From contig NC_043015.1 in NCBI RefSeq assembly GCF_006345805.1, positions 26,040,001 through 26,104,000 on the forward strand: a DNA stretch of 64,000 bases, given 5' to 3'. The translations under genes and the position numbers were made by a program. This document shows positions 12,901 to 25,254 of the stretch, in pieces; position 1 is the first letter of the stretch; the number at the start of each line of letters is the position of its first letter. The notes under the pieces were generated by a model. It did not search any database. It had not been told where the DNA came from and worked only from the letters and a program-made list of their open reading frames with translations. Origin of the DNA: Octopus sinensis. Its lineage: Eukaryota.

Positions 12901-14043
12901 GAGGCAACTTTTTCCGTTGACCACCTTCTCTTATTGTATGGAAACAAAAATGATGATTTAACTTTTTTTTCACAATTTTTGGTGCTTCTACAAATAATGA
13001 AAGAATACCAATTTGCAAAAGAAAAATATTTTATTCCACTGAAATAAATTAAAGCAAATTTCTTTCACACTGTGTGTGTGTGTGTACACGTTGTATGTGT
13101 GAGTTGCGTGTGCGTGTGTTACGGGAGTGTGAGGGTGTGTGTGGATCGCTTTTCTTAATTCATTGTACCCTTATCCTACACATTTTGTGTTAACGCGGTC
13201 TTCATCTGATTTTTACTCTTCCTTCCCCACTTTTTATTCCATTTAAACTAGCGAAATGACTGGAGAAAACGACCAATCAACCAATCAAGCGACCGACCTT
13301 TATATCGTCAGCTATTATTGTGGAAAAATTCTTGCTTAACTACCAAAAAAATTTTTTAAAAGCGATATCAGTAACTTTGGTGTGTACAAACAATGTAAGA
13401 GGGCCGTGAAAGCCTCGTATTATTATATCATCGCAAATATTGAACTAAATAAAATTGATCTTGAATATTCGTTCCACCTAACCAAAGCTATAGAAGCATC
13501 ATGTGTGAGTGTATATGCGTGTTTATGTGTGTGTGTGCGTGTGTGTGTATGTGTGTGTGTGTGTGTGTACGATTAGATGAAGAAAAATCAAGATATAATT
13601 CACAAAGGATATCAATTCTACCTCTGTGTCCTATGACATCATGCATATCATGGTGATATATGGGACGTTGTCTGTTTAATTGAGTTTTTGGACAGCATTG
13701 TATAAGAAAATTTATCTACATTTAAGCATGTGAAATGTTATATTTTAAAAAGATACTGCTATTCCTATTGACGTTTTTATATTATTTTCTCCTTCGTTCA
13801 CTTGCCTTATCACATTGCAAAGTAAATCTGCTTTCGAAATTCTAACTCCAAGTTTTACATTTTCATATCAAATTATTATCCTTTCGCAACAGAAAAGAAA
13901 ATATGACCTAATAGCGAACGTGTTGTGTTTAATGGTTGATATTAACTTACAGATTGTTTGAAAAGCCAGCAAAGCGAAGAGATTTATCACGTTAATGTTT
14001 GTAGAGTATAACAGATAGAAGCGTGATTAATATACACACACAT

Positions 14044-14116
<73 letters not shown>

Positions 14117-15105
14117 ATATACACACATATATATATATATATACACACACATACATACATATACATACACACACACATATCTATATGCTTTTATGTAGGC
14201 GTGTGCTCATGCTTATATATGGGCATATGTACTTATATATGGGCATATGTACGTCTACACATTTGCATTTAGACACACACACACACATATGATATGTTGT
14301 GAATATGGAGTTGATTTCTAATACGGAGATTTGATGCGGACTTGCAAAGTTTGATGTTATTAGGTTGTCATGTCACTATGTATTTCATATTATCGTCGAT
14401 ATTACGCTGTAATATATATAACGTATATAGTTTTGGCGCAGTTTTTTCCTTTCTTTTTGAAATGCTATCTGGTAAATATTTGAAGGTGTAAACGATGCTA
14501 TTGCTATTCAAGTAATAATTTATAGCTAACGTTCGCAATCATCGCTGGCTTCTACAGTCCACATTTAGAATGTGAGATAAATGGTTTTTATGTTCTATCT
14601 GTCAATCTGGCATCATCTCTGTTTGTATGTTAAGCAAGATTCCCAACTGGGAAGTGATTTTTCCATGTATTCACATCTAGCATCTATATTTCGGTTTTGT
14701 GTTTCGGACCATTTGTACCGAACATTTTCACTTATTTCATGGATCCAACAAATTGAATTCTTTCCCTCGCCTTTGTTTCGTGCTTTTGTGTTCGGAATTG
14801 CTTCTATATCCAATATTTATGCTTGTATATTTGATAAATGTATTTAGACCAAGGGCATAATACATTCTGCAGTTTGCTAAGAGCAAGAGAGAATGATATA
14901 AAATCTACTTAAAAACATATCGTTGATAATTAACTTTCATGTTGAATACTTCCCATGCATTTGTAATGATTCACGTTGTGTATGTGTGTCTGCGCGTGTG
15001 TGTCCGTCTGTGATTATGTGTGCGTGCTCAAACCCACACACATACATATGCGTATATTTATTTGCATTATGTATACGTTTGTATAGATAAATATATATAG
15101 ATATA

Positions 15106-15146
<41 letters not shown>

Positions 15147-15253
15147 GCATACTCGCACATATACATATATATTATATATGTATATATATAAATACATATG
15201 TATGTATATAATTATGTATACATTTATACGCATATATATATAAATATACGCAC

Positions 15254-15285
<32 letters not shown>

Positions 15286-15809
15286 GTATGCATGTATGTA
15301 TCTATGCATGTATAGATGTATATACATGTATATCAACATATAATTGTATATATGCATGTGTCTAAATGTATAAGAGTGTGAATGTGTATGTGTGTGTGTG
15401 TTAGTAATTTAACAAAAGCACTTCCGTTGTATCTATGAGAACTAATTGGATGATTGAATAAGCAACATGCGAATGTAATGGAAAACAAGATTCAAAAGTG
15501 ACTGCGTAGGCTTCAAGCTGCAATAGTAGTTGTAGCTGTGCAAGAATTAGCAGTCATAAATTCTAGTCAAATAAGGTGAGATTGGGCTGGGAAATATTAA
15601 CACATTACAATTAAGTTAGGGTAGTATTGTTCCACTAACCACAACGTAGACATATATATATATATATATATATATGTATGTCTGTGTGTGTGTGTGTGTG
15701 TGTATACATAAATATATACATATGCATACATATATATATGTGTATGTATGTATGGATGTGTGTATGTATGCATCTATATATATTATATATATGTGTATAT
15801 ATATGTATA

Positions 15810-15875
<66 letters not shown>

Positions 15876-18458
15876 CATACATACTTAGATAGGTTTCGGC
15901 CACATCAGCCCCGGCTACACCTAACTTAATAGCACCACTTGGAAAAGACATTTAGTAATGTATTTTATGTATAGTTACTTTTAGGCACCATTGCCCATGC
16001 GATTAAAGAGTTGTTGTTTGCAGCAGTATATCCGGGTGTAGGTGGTTTATCTGGAGTTTGTTGGAGATATTCATCCAGGAACTTTCTGAAGGTTATGAAA
16101 TATTTTTTTCTCCTTTATATGTTTTGGAATGATGTTAAAAAGAGCAGGTCCAGTTGAGAAGAAGTGGTTCTGTCTTAGTCTTGTGATGTGCTAAGAGCAC
16201 GATTTCTGTAGAGGAGTCACGGCACGGGGACCAAGCCTTGTCTGGATTTTAAAAGTGATACCAATATCATTCGGGCAATACTGACGGAACAATTTCCACA
16301 TCATACAAATAATATAGCACTCTCGGCGGCACTGGAGAGTATACAGTTTGAGATTCATGAGTCGAACCCAGTAATTAAGACCAGACATACCATCAATTCT
16401 TTTTGCAATTGATCTCTGGGGTGCTTCAAGCTTTTTAATATTCTGGCTCGTGTAAGGAGACCATAGCGGACAACAGTATTCAAGATAAGGGAAGGCGAAG
16501 GTAGAAAAAAGAAGGATAATGGTTGGAGCATCTCTAGACTGAAAATTTCCGAGGATCCTGGAACAAGACCTGCGGGCCATGCCGACTTTCTTGTTTATCT
16601 GGACACTATAAATTAAGTTATCGTCGACAGTCACACCGAGGTCCGTAAGGGTGTTTGATGCCGTGAGGTGTTCGCCTGAAGGAAGAATATATGGTTGTTT
16701 AAGTGCAGCCTCTTTACCAAAGTGGATTAACTCAAACTTCTTCTTGTTTAGTTGCATGTTATGTTTTTGCGCCTATTGGATATCTGCAACTAGGTCCGAT
16801 TGAAAATTTGTCCGGTCTCCCATCCTGTTGACAACCTTCAGAAGCTTAGAGTCATCGGCGAAAATTTTTACATTACTGCATTTAATGACTCTGATGATGT
16901 CATTTATGTAGATAAAGAACAGGAGGGGGCCTAACACAGTACCTTGTGAGACACCACTGATGACTTTTGTTATACTTCATTGAACACCATTAATCACCAA
17001 ATGCTGCGTTCTGTTCACCAGAAAGGAATTATGCTCTTTAGAAGCTTCCCTTGCACTCCAATGCTGGGGAGTTTTTTTTAACAAGATTTTGTGGTCAACC
17101 TTGTCAAAGGTCTTGATGAATTGAAGATATATGACATCTTCATTGGATCCCTCACCCAAGGCCTTTAGGATATTGTCGAAATGATGCAGGAGCTGCCATT
17201 GCAGAAACCTTGCTGGTTGGGAATTAGCAGCTTGCTGCTTTCCAGGAAGTGAGTCACTCTAGATCGCACCATTCTCTCAATTTGAGGTAAGAATTAAGGG
17301 AGATAGGTCGGTAATTCACTGCCTGGGACTTACTGCCTTTTTTTAAGACTGGAACGATCGACTGAGAAAGGAAACCATCGGGAATATGGCAAGCGTCTAG
17401 TGATTTCCTCCAGAGAATGGCTAAGGAGAATGCGAGGTGGTGACGGCATTCGTTCAGGACTTTAGCGGGGAATCTGTCAGGACCTGCAGCTGAGTTGTTT
17501 GTAATTTTACTTCTAGCTACTATCATATCTGGAACACCAAATTATATATCACACAGCGTATACTCAGGGCTTGATTCATCAATACTGTTCAGATTAATCA
17601 TATCCGGATTGCTAAAAGCAGAGCAGTATTGCTTTTGCAGAACCTCGACCATGTCCTCTGTACCACTTTGCAGTGTGTTGTTTTCATCAATGAGAGGTCC
17701 AATAGATGAGACTACAACCTTAAGCTTTTTAGCGCCTGAGAAGAATACTTTCGGATTGGCTTATATTTTATCAATGGCCCATTTTTCTTCTGCTTTCCTT
17801 TGATCGACAATACCATTTTTTCAAACAGTTCTGGAGATGGTGTTTCCTTGATTCTAACGAGAATCAAGGAAACACCATGTGGGAATGTTGCAGCTGGCAA
17901 TATTTTAGCCGGTGGATTTTTTATTCGTTCTCATTATCTTCCATATGAGTGATTTTCTGGGATGTGTTAGTCCGTAGTTTGTCTTGTTCATGGACCGTAG
18001 CGGGGGTTTTGTGTAGACATATATTTGCGACAATGTCCATAAATAGCTGATATGATGAATCAATGCTTTCAGGGGTGAAGGAGTCTGCGAAAGACCAATC
18101 AATGAGTGAGAGTTCATGGTTGATTGCAGGCCAGTTACCTTTGTGAAGATCCATGAAATCGAAGGGGTGTGAGGGATTGAGATCACTCGGATACACAATT
18201 GACTGCCAGAATCTTAGGCGACAGAGAACCATATCGTGGTCAGAAAGAAGAGTTTTTCCATTGTAATATCGTAGATATTGTTTGTGTGGTTGCTTAGCAC
18301 TAAGTCCAGAATTTTCTTGTTGAATCTCGTTGGCACGAGCATGAGTTGTGACAGGAAAAATTCATCCATGAATTGAAATAGCGATTCTACTGCGGTTATG
18401 TTGGTTGCTTCTACTGCTTCAAATGGATATTCTCCAGTTTCCTGAGCTGTTGGGGAAA

Positions 18459-18740
18459 TTCGTGCCATTACATTATTCATATTATTTACATTTGAAGGAT
18501 ATTTGTCCTCATCTTGTTTGTTGTTAACACAACGTTTCGGCCTATATACACTCCAGCCTTCATCAGGTGTCTTGGGTAAACTTCGAACCTGGGTTCTTAT
18601 TCCTAAGGCTGGAGGGTATATCAGTCGAAACGTTGTGTTAACAACAAACAAGATGAGGACAAATATCCGTCAAATGTAAATAATGTAAGTAATGTACATA
18701 ATTCATCATCTCTTAAATATAGAACTGTTTCGTACCATTA
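18459..18740. mobile_element. short PLE fold-back insertion inside the LINE, with 12-bp TSD
   Basis: Inverted arms about 18467-18560 / 18605-18697; TSD TTCGTGCCATTA (18459-18470) / TTCGTACCATTA (18729-18740). Confidence 0.8.
18526..18571 (-). ncRNA. minimal type I hammerhead motif
   Basis: Minus GACAC-CTGATGA-A-GGCT..GGCC-GAAAC-GTT|GTGTT; loop-less palindromic stem III (AACGTT), GUU triplet. Confidence 0.7.
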
Positions 18741-19551
18741 GTTTTGTTTTTGATTTTATTTTTGTTTGTGATCACGTTGGGAGTGTGCTTGTAACCAAAA
18801 TTGTGGGTCAGGTGTGCACCGATGCTGCTGCAACAGGGTGGATATTTCTGGAGTAGATTTTGGTGATGGCTGGGAGTATTATTTTTCATGGTACGTCAAG
18901 TCCTAGAGAGATGTATAAACTTCCAATCTTGCTGTAAACATATTCTCTTATGCTGGGAGTAACGGCAGATTTTAGGGTTACGATTTCTTGATTTTGGAGG
19001 ATGTAGAAAGGGAATTGTGGGGGTAGTTTCTGTTGCTTGAGCGTTTTGTTCCTGGAAGATTAGTGAAATTACAGTCACGGTTTGTACATAGCCTTTTGCG
19101 TTGGGAGCGCTGGCATATTTTTGGACAGAGATTTTAACTTGTGATTGTTATAGAGGGGAGTGGATTGTAAATAGTTTGAGATTTAGATTTGTTTGACTTT
19201 AATGATAACAGGGTAGTGGAGACTGGAGAGGGGGACAAGGAGCAGGGGTTTATTTTGTACATTGGCCGACATAGTAGTAGTAGCAATGATACTTGAGTTT
19301 GTTAGTGGAGCTGTGGTGGTGGGATAGGGGGAAGTAGGAATGGTTAGAATGGAATGTTTGACTTTGACCACTAAGAGTAGTAGCAGTACTAAGAGGAAGA
19401 GGAGGAGGAGGAGAATGTGAAGAAGGGGAAGAAGTGTAGGGGGAGTAGGAGTAGAAGGTGGAAATTGTGATGATGACAATGACGACGATGGCGATGATGG
19501 TAGTGAGTCTATTGTGGTAAGGTGGACATGATCTTGTTGTTGCTCTTTTAG

Positions 19552-19851
19552 CTACTGATGTGATTGCTGTAGTTGTTGTTGTTGTACCTCATGTGCTGTG
19601 GTAGGAAAAATTCGAGCTGGTTTATCCACGTGCTTACTCACGGGTCGATACGAAGTAGAGATATGCTTCAGTTTATTCTCTATTTGTCTCGCCTTTCGGT
19701 TATTAAAGAGATGAACAACTCTTTTAGCAATGGGATTGAACTCTGAGGCATGTATGTTATCAGTTTGAAAGAGAACGAACCAGGTGTTAATGAGAGTATC
19801 CACTTCAATATCCGACCAGCTGCGATTTTTAAAAACGTGTTGTGTTGGCAT
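19552..19851 (-). CDS. LINE ORF1 N-terminus with Myb/SANT-like (trihelix-type) motif
   Basis: 99-aa ORF with RSWSDIEVDTLINTW...RKARQIENKLKHI, at the 5' end of the LINE; terminated by a premature stop. Confidence 0.5.
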   Translation of the reverse strand: MPTQHVFKNRSWSDIEVDTLINTWFVLFQTDNIHASEFNPIAKRVVHLFNNRKARQIENKLKHISTSYRPVSKHVDKPARIFPTTAHEVQQQQLQQSHQ

Positions 19852-20463
19852 TTTTGTTTTTTTGTTTTTGTTACTGTTGATGTTGCTGTTGTGAGCTACT
19901 TATGATTGTTTTTCAGTGTCTTGGTCACTTATCCAAGGTGTTTGTGCAACAGAAAATATAGATAACAATAAATGTAGGTAATAAATATAGATAATAATAT
20001 CAAATACGGATAGAAATAAACAAAATCTTCAAAATATAAACTTCTGTGGTTTATTGAACGGTAGTAGACAATGTTACTCGTATATATTATAATGTTGAAA
20101 TAATGTGAAATATTGTGTGTGCGTGTTAATAGGAATATTGTGTACTTACGAATAATAATTATTATTATCGTTATAGTATTATATATTTTATAATACGTGC
20201 TCACAGTACGAGAACTTAGGGCTTTTGTCGTTTTTGAGAAGAAAGAATTTTCAATTGAGATTCAGATGAATTACGCTGAGGCACCAAAGATTAGTGCGAA
20301 ATTATCCGTACAGTTTCAAAATAAGGCGAATAAAATCAAAATAAGCAGCAGGATGTCCAGAGGTGATGCAGTACGATCGTTTCAAGTGACTCCATTTAAT
20401 TGAACAATGAAATCCTGCTCGTTTTGATTTTTATTCCCCCTCTCTCTCTGTATATGTATGTAT

Positions 20464-20512
<49 letters not shown>

Positions 20513-20609
20513 ATATATATATATATATATAATAATAAATATTAGGGAATAAATCCAGATTTAGGATTGAATCCAATTTTATAGTAAAATATTATATTAT
20601 ATTAAATTA

Positions 20610-20887
20610 GAGACAAAACCACTATTATGCAAATCAAACAAAGAAAGACTTAAGCCAATACATAAAATAATTATATAAATTTAGAAATTTAACAATTATA
20701 AATAACCACTACGATTGTTTCATGTCTTATTTTTCAGCACATCTTTGAAACATTCTTCAGGTGGTTTCAAACCTTCTTGGCGAGTTTTAATTATTTATAA
20801 TTGTTAAATTTCTAAATTTATATAAATTATTTTATGTATTGGCTTAAGTCTTTCTTTGTTTGATTTGCATAATAGTGGTTTTGTCTC
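20610..20887. mobile_element. PLE-type fold-back (96-bp arms)
   Basis: 20610-20705 is the reverse complement of 20791-20887 (one indel); HHR in the spacer. Confidence 0.8.
20704..20766 (-). ncRNA. type I hammerhead ribozyme motif
   Basis: Minus AACCAC-CTGAAGA-ATGT...ACAT-GAAAC-AATC-GTA|GTGGTT; 6-bp stem I, 4-bp stem II, intact core. Confidence 0.85.
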
Positions 20888-20987
20888 CCTTCTTTCCTGA
20901 GCGTCAATAATACTTTAATTGTTCCACGTCCTGCGTTGCTGTGTTTTTTTCTTTTTTTCTGTGTTTTCTTGTTTGGATTAACTTTAT

Positions 20988-21030
<43 letters not shown>

Positions 21031-21099
21031 TATATATATACAGATATACATTCGTATATGTACATACATATTATACGTATATGCATATGCATATGTGGG

Positions 21100-21260
21100 C
21101 ACAGGACGTCACAAAACGTAAACAACATAAAATGCGAAAACATGAAATACGAAATACGAATGCATGGAATATAAACTTTTTTGCGAACAACGAAAGAAAC
21201 AAAAACAAGCAAGATGAAGAACAACCCTTCATTAGTTGTCCGATGTTTTTCTAATCCGCA
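21100..21260. repeat. dispersed repeat family, also at about 26600-26775
   Basis: Shared GGACGTCA...AAACGT and AACA/TACCCTTCAT(C/T)AGTTGT segments. Confidence 0.6.
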
Positions 21261-21276
21261 CTTTGAGCAATTTACG

Positions 21277-21378
<102 letters not shown>

Positions 21379-21789
21379 TATATATATAGAGAGAGATAGA
21401 GAAAACGACGGAGAAAGAGTGAAAAAGAGAAATAAGTAAAGGGCAATAAACCCATGAAGATTGATGGTCAGTACGTTGCTTAAATAATTAAAACATTTCA
21501 CGGTAATAATAACGAAGTAGTTATATCTGTTATAATCTTCCTCTCACACATTGGAAGTGTATAAAGTGACTCTTTGCAGAATATAAGGAAGAAGGCAGTT
21601 TGTAAATGCTGCCTCGGAAGCTGTATCGGGTAAATATTAAGCGGTAAAACTTATGGTAGTCACTGACAAGCGGGTATATCATGGAAACATGTAGCACGAT
21701 TTCATATTTTGTTTTCATTGTGTATAGTGTTGCGAACAGACACGGGCTCCATCGTGTCCTCCTTATCATTGATCCAGGAGGACAGCTGA

Positions 21790-21955
21790 TGAAAGACACA
21801 GCGTCAGGACCACTGAGCTGGTACTCATTTTCAACTTAGTAGATTGGCACAACATGAAAGGAACAGCTTTGATTAAAGACACGATGCATCACTCAATCTA
21901 GGGATTGAACCCACAACCATATGATCGTTTGCCTCATACTCCAATCACTAAACCA
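21790..21955 (-). mobile_element. degenerate tRNA-derived SINE (family D)
   Basis: Reverse-strand tRNA-like head with B-box-like GGGTTCAATCCC; similar to 61750-62010. Confidence 0.5.
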
Positions 21956-22079
21956 GGTGATTTGACGTGAAGGTGGTGTAATTGATATATGATCAAATAT
22001 TGCATTTAGACTGATATCATTGTTTATTTTTTAACTTTGAAAGAGAATATATCTGATGGTATTTCTGTATCGATCTTAC

Positions 22080-22322
22080 CTCTGACCTGTACTTTGCTGT
22101 AATTCATTTTCAACAAATTCAATAAGGACTAAAACCTGCTCAGCGCAACGCAGATGTGGATAACTCAATTCTGGGCTCAGGTATTTCTTCAAATGATTTG
22201 AACTGGGCCTCAGTCGGTCAAATATTGAGCATGTTTCAACATATCGATGCCCAGAGCATAGCAAGGATTTTTTTTTTAATGATTGGCAGTTACACATAGA
22301 TGGAAGTTTCTCTTCTTCATGC
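22080..22322 (-). CDS. internal coding exon (243 bp, phase 2-2) of an unidentified host gene
   Basis: Acceptor tttcgttttcttttgataaacattcaag|G, donor CAGAG|gtaaga. Open frame HEEEKLPSMCNCQSLKKKSLLCSGHRYVETC...CAEQVLVLIEFVENELQQSTGQ; length is a multiple of 3; non-repetitive. Confidence 0.75.
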
Positions 22323-23631
22323 CTTGAATGTTTATCAAAAGAAAACGAAACCGCTCGTGTTAATCGATACAAACTGGTGTATGTAATGTCGTAGGTGTTA
22401 CTGTCATAACGCAAAGGGACGGGACGCACATGTCGATCTTCCAATAATTACGTCAGACAACAGCCGTGGATTGCAATATTTTTAGCGAACCCCCAATATT
22501 GAAGGCAACAGTGACCTCTACAGAATATGAACACAATGTAAAAGAATCGGAACCAATACAGCAACGCATTTTATTCAACACTTAGATATTCCTTGATAAA
22601 ATTATATGTGGGAAGGCTTTGAATTTGTAGAACATTATAAAGCGATGTGTAATACGACATTGATAGAAATAGTTAAGCAATGAAAATCAATATAAGGTTT
22701 TCCTAAAGACCTACGACAGACCAAAGTATAAACATTAACCATAAAATCGCTACAAGAGTAAAGGAATATAAATTAGGCCATCGCCGACGAATGGGAAACG
22801 GCTGCAAGCGTCAATAGAATGAGAATATTGGAAATAATCTTTGCATCAGTCCCATTTTTTGGAAAGGAAAATAGCTGCCGCTTCATAACATCTCGCGTGG
22901 GAATATTTAAACCTTGTTGTCCAATGGTAAACAAACATTCAGAGAAAGATTGAACGTAAAAGAGGAAATGCCTCTAATCTTAATGAAGTCGAGAATGAAA
23001 ATATTTAAATGAAGTGTTATACAAATACTACAGAAATATATGGCCAAAGAAATTGAAAGAGTTGTTTGATAAGTTGCACGTCGTTTGTCATTACGAAAAC
23101 GAAAACATATTTGTGTTGCAAAAACAAAGAGTTTGACTCTCACTTAATACGATTTTATCATAGTTATAAAAACAAAATGAATGCGGCCGCACTAAAATCA
23201 AGCGACATGGAAGTTATTTAGTAAAGGATACATGGATCATCAGTGTAACAGCCTTAAATACAAGAAATATATATGAAAAAGGAACAATTCTAGGAATAAA
23301 TAACAACACCTGAGCTTGAAGTCTAGAACCGTTTAGGAAATCGGAAATAATAATACTCCAAAGTAGTTGCAAAAAGAGAAACACGCGAAAGTATTCAACG
23401 CCATACTATTTTAAAAGTGAGATGAATATTAGATAAAATGTGCGCTACAATAAGCCGGCCAGCCCACGATCTCAAAAGAGGCTTCGTATATGCATGTATA
23501 CATACATGCATACATGCATAAAAATATGTACCAAAGTGTGTGTGCGTACATGCACGTACTAACAAAAAATGTTATGCATATATACAGCTGTATGTGTAAA
23601 CATGCACTTACATATAGCAATATATGTATGC

Positions 23632-23658
<27 letters not shown>

Positions 23659-23666
<8 letters not shown>

Positions 23667-23919
23667 AATATGTTACATTACTCGATAGTCAAGATAAAAC
23701 TCTGAGTTTCAGATGCCGAAGTGGGAATCCACGACATCTCTTCGGTTATCTGGCTATTTGAAAACGCTATTAAAAATAAAAAGAATTTTTAAAAAGGGGT
23801 ATTTTTCATAGCGTTTTCAAATACCCAGATAACCGAAGAGATGTCGTGGATTCTCACTTCGGCATCTGAAACTCAGAGTTTTATCTTGACTATCGAGTAA
23901 TGTAACATATTATTGTATA
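23659..23919. mobile_element. near-perfect fold-back (about 119-bp arms, 23-bp loop), PLE-terminal type
   Basis: 23659-23777 vs 23801-23919 are reverse complementary with few mismatches. Confidence 0.85.
23828..23885 (+). ncRNA. variant hammerhead-like motif (CCGAAGA core); mirror copy at 23693-23750 (-)
   Basis: GATAA-CCGAAGA-GATGTCG...CGGCATC-T-GAAAC-TCAGA-GTT|TTATC; all three stems pair, with U4C and one extra nucleotide before GAAA. Confidence 0.5.
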
Positions 23920-24126
23920 GATAAATTTCCTCTATTTACATAATATTGAGGTCTCTTTCTTTCTTTTGTTATCTTACCGTTTTACCAATATATATATATA
24001 TTATATATATATTATATATATACCGGAGTAAACACATAAATGTGAAACAAGGTGGAAAAAAGAGTACTCGAATACCAGAGGTAGAGTAATATGATTTATT
24101 TAAAAGCAGCAGAAATTTAACAAAAG

Positions 24127-24164
24127 CTGTTACTCGGAGTTTTACGTTCCCGTTCGTCGGGCAG
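24127..24164 (-). ncRNA. degenerate minimal hammerhead-like motif (CCGACGA core)
   Basis: Minus CTGC-CCGACGA-ACG-GGAA-CGT-AAAAC-TCCGA-GTA|ACAG; G12 is mutated and stem I has one mismatch. Confidence 0.45.
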
Positions 24165-24802
24165 TTTTGTTAAAATAGAACCGAGATGACAATTTGATCA
24201 AAACTAGCATAAACGATGCACCTTTAAAAATGGATTTTTTCATTAATCCTTTCAACGGTCATATGCGAGCGATAAACAAAATAAACAAAATAAAATAAAT
24301 GAGTTCAATATAAAATTATAAAAATCGAGGAAAAACCTTAAATCGAAGAGATGATTCAAATATATAGTCATTAATTATGTAGAAAATATAATTCGATTAA
24401 TAAAATTAATACATAAAAATTGAAATTAAAATGTATTAAAATATTTTACAAGAGTATATACTCATCCTAAACCATCAATATACATGTATCCATCAAAATA
24501 CACAGATAGATGTGCGCAGACCACATACATATACAGACAAAACGAAAATATACGCACAATATAATGCAAAACGAAAATATACGCACAAATACATGTACAC
24601 ATATGTATACACAATCTTGCTCGCATGCAAAAATCATTTGGTGTATACATATAGACTAGAAGTAAACCTCAGAGACGGGGAAGAAACGAAAAGGTAACGA
24701 TCTTATAAGCAACAGAAAACTAAAGACGGGAGTAAGAGAAGGGGAGGGGGCGTAAAGTTACAGGACTTCGAGTAACAGATTTTGTTAAATTTCTGCTGCT
24801 TT

Positions 24803-24965
24803 TGTGGCTGTGTGGTAAGTAGCTTGCTAAACAACGACATGGTTCCGGGTTCAGTCCCACTGCGTGGCACCTTGGGCAAGTGTCTTCTGCTATAGCCCCG
24901 GGCCGACCAATGCCTTGTGAGTGGATTTGGTAGACGGAAACTGAAAGAAGCCTGTCGTATATATG

Positions 24966-25004
<39 letters not shown>

Positions 25005-25210
25005 TTGTCCCCCTAGCATTGCTTGACAACCGATGCTGGTGTGTTTACGTCCCCGTCACTTAGCGGTTCGGCAAAAGAGACCGATAGAATAAGTACTGGG
25101 CTTACAAAGAATAATTCCCGGGGTCGAATTGCTCGACTAAAGGCGGTGCTCCAGCATGGCCGCAGTCAAATGACTGAAGCAAGTAAAAGAGTAAAAGAGA
25201 GAGTAAAAGA
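24803..25210 (+). mobile_element. tRNA-derived SINE family B (TGGCTGTGTGGTAAG... head, internal (TA)/(TG) tract)
   Basis: A-box-like TGGCTGTGTGG, B-box-like GGTTCAGTCCC; homologous copies at 35494, 48690 and 51176. Confidence 0.85.
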
Positions 25211-25254
25211 GTATATATATATATAACATTGTAAAAGAGGATAACAAATGTTAA

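Larger units (their letters stand above)
15885..19945 (-). mobile_element. CR1/L2-group LINE (APE + RT), near full length, decayed
   Basis: RT motifs YRPISL, KTFDKVDH, GVSQGTVLGPLLFFIYIND, FADD; YLEYCCPLWSPY; partial APE (PTR..ILDLVLSN); 3' KFLDEYLQQTPDKPPTPGY. Confidence 0.85.

Noticed and set aside
13265-13300. Tandem CCAAT boxes (GACCAATCAACCAATCA)
   Set aside because: No supporting exon or start site nearby; short motifs occur by chance.
14581-14847. Overlapping 66-88-aa ORFs in unique sequence
   Set aside because: No convincing splice sites or recognisable motifs.
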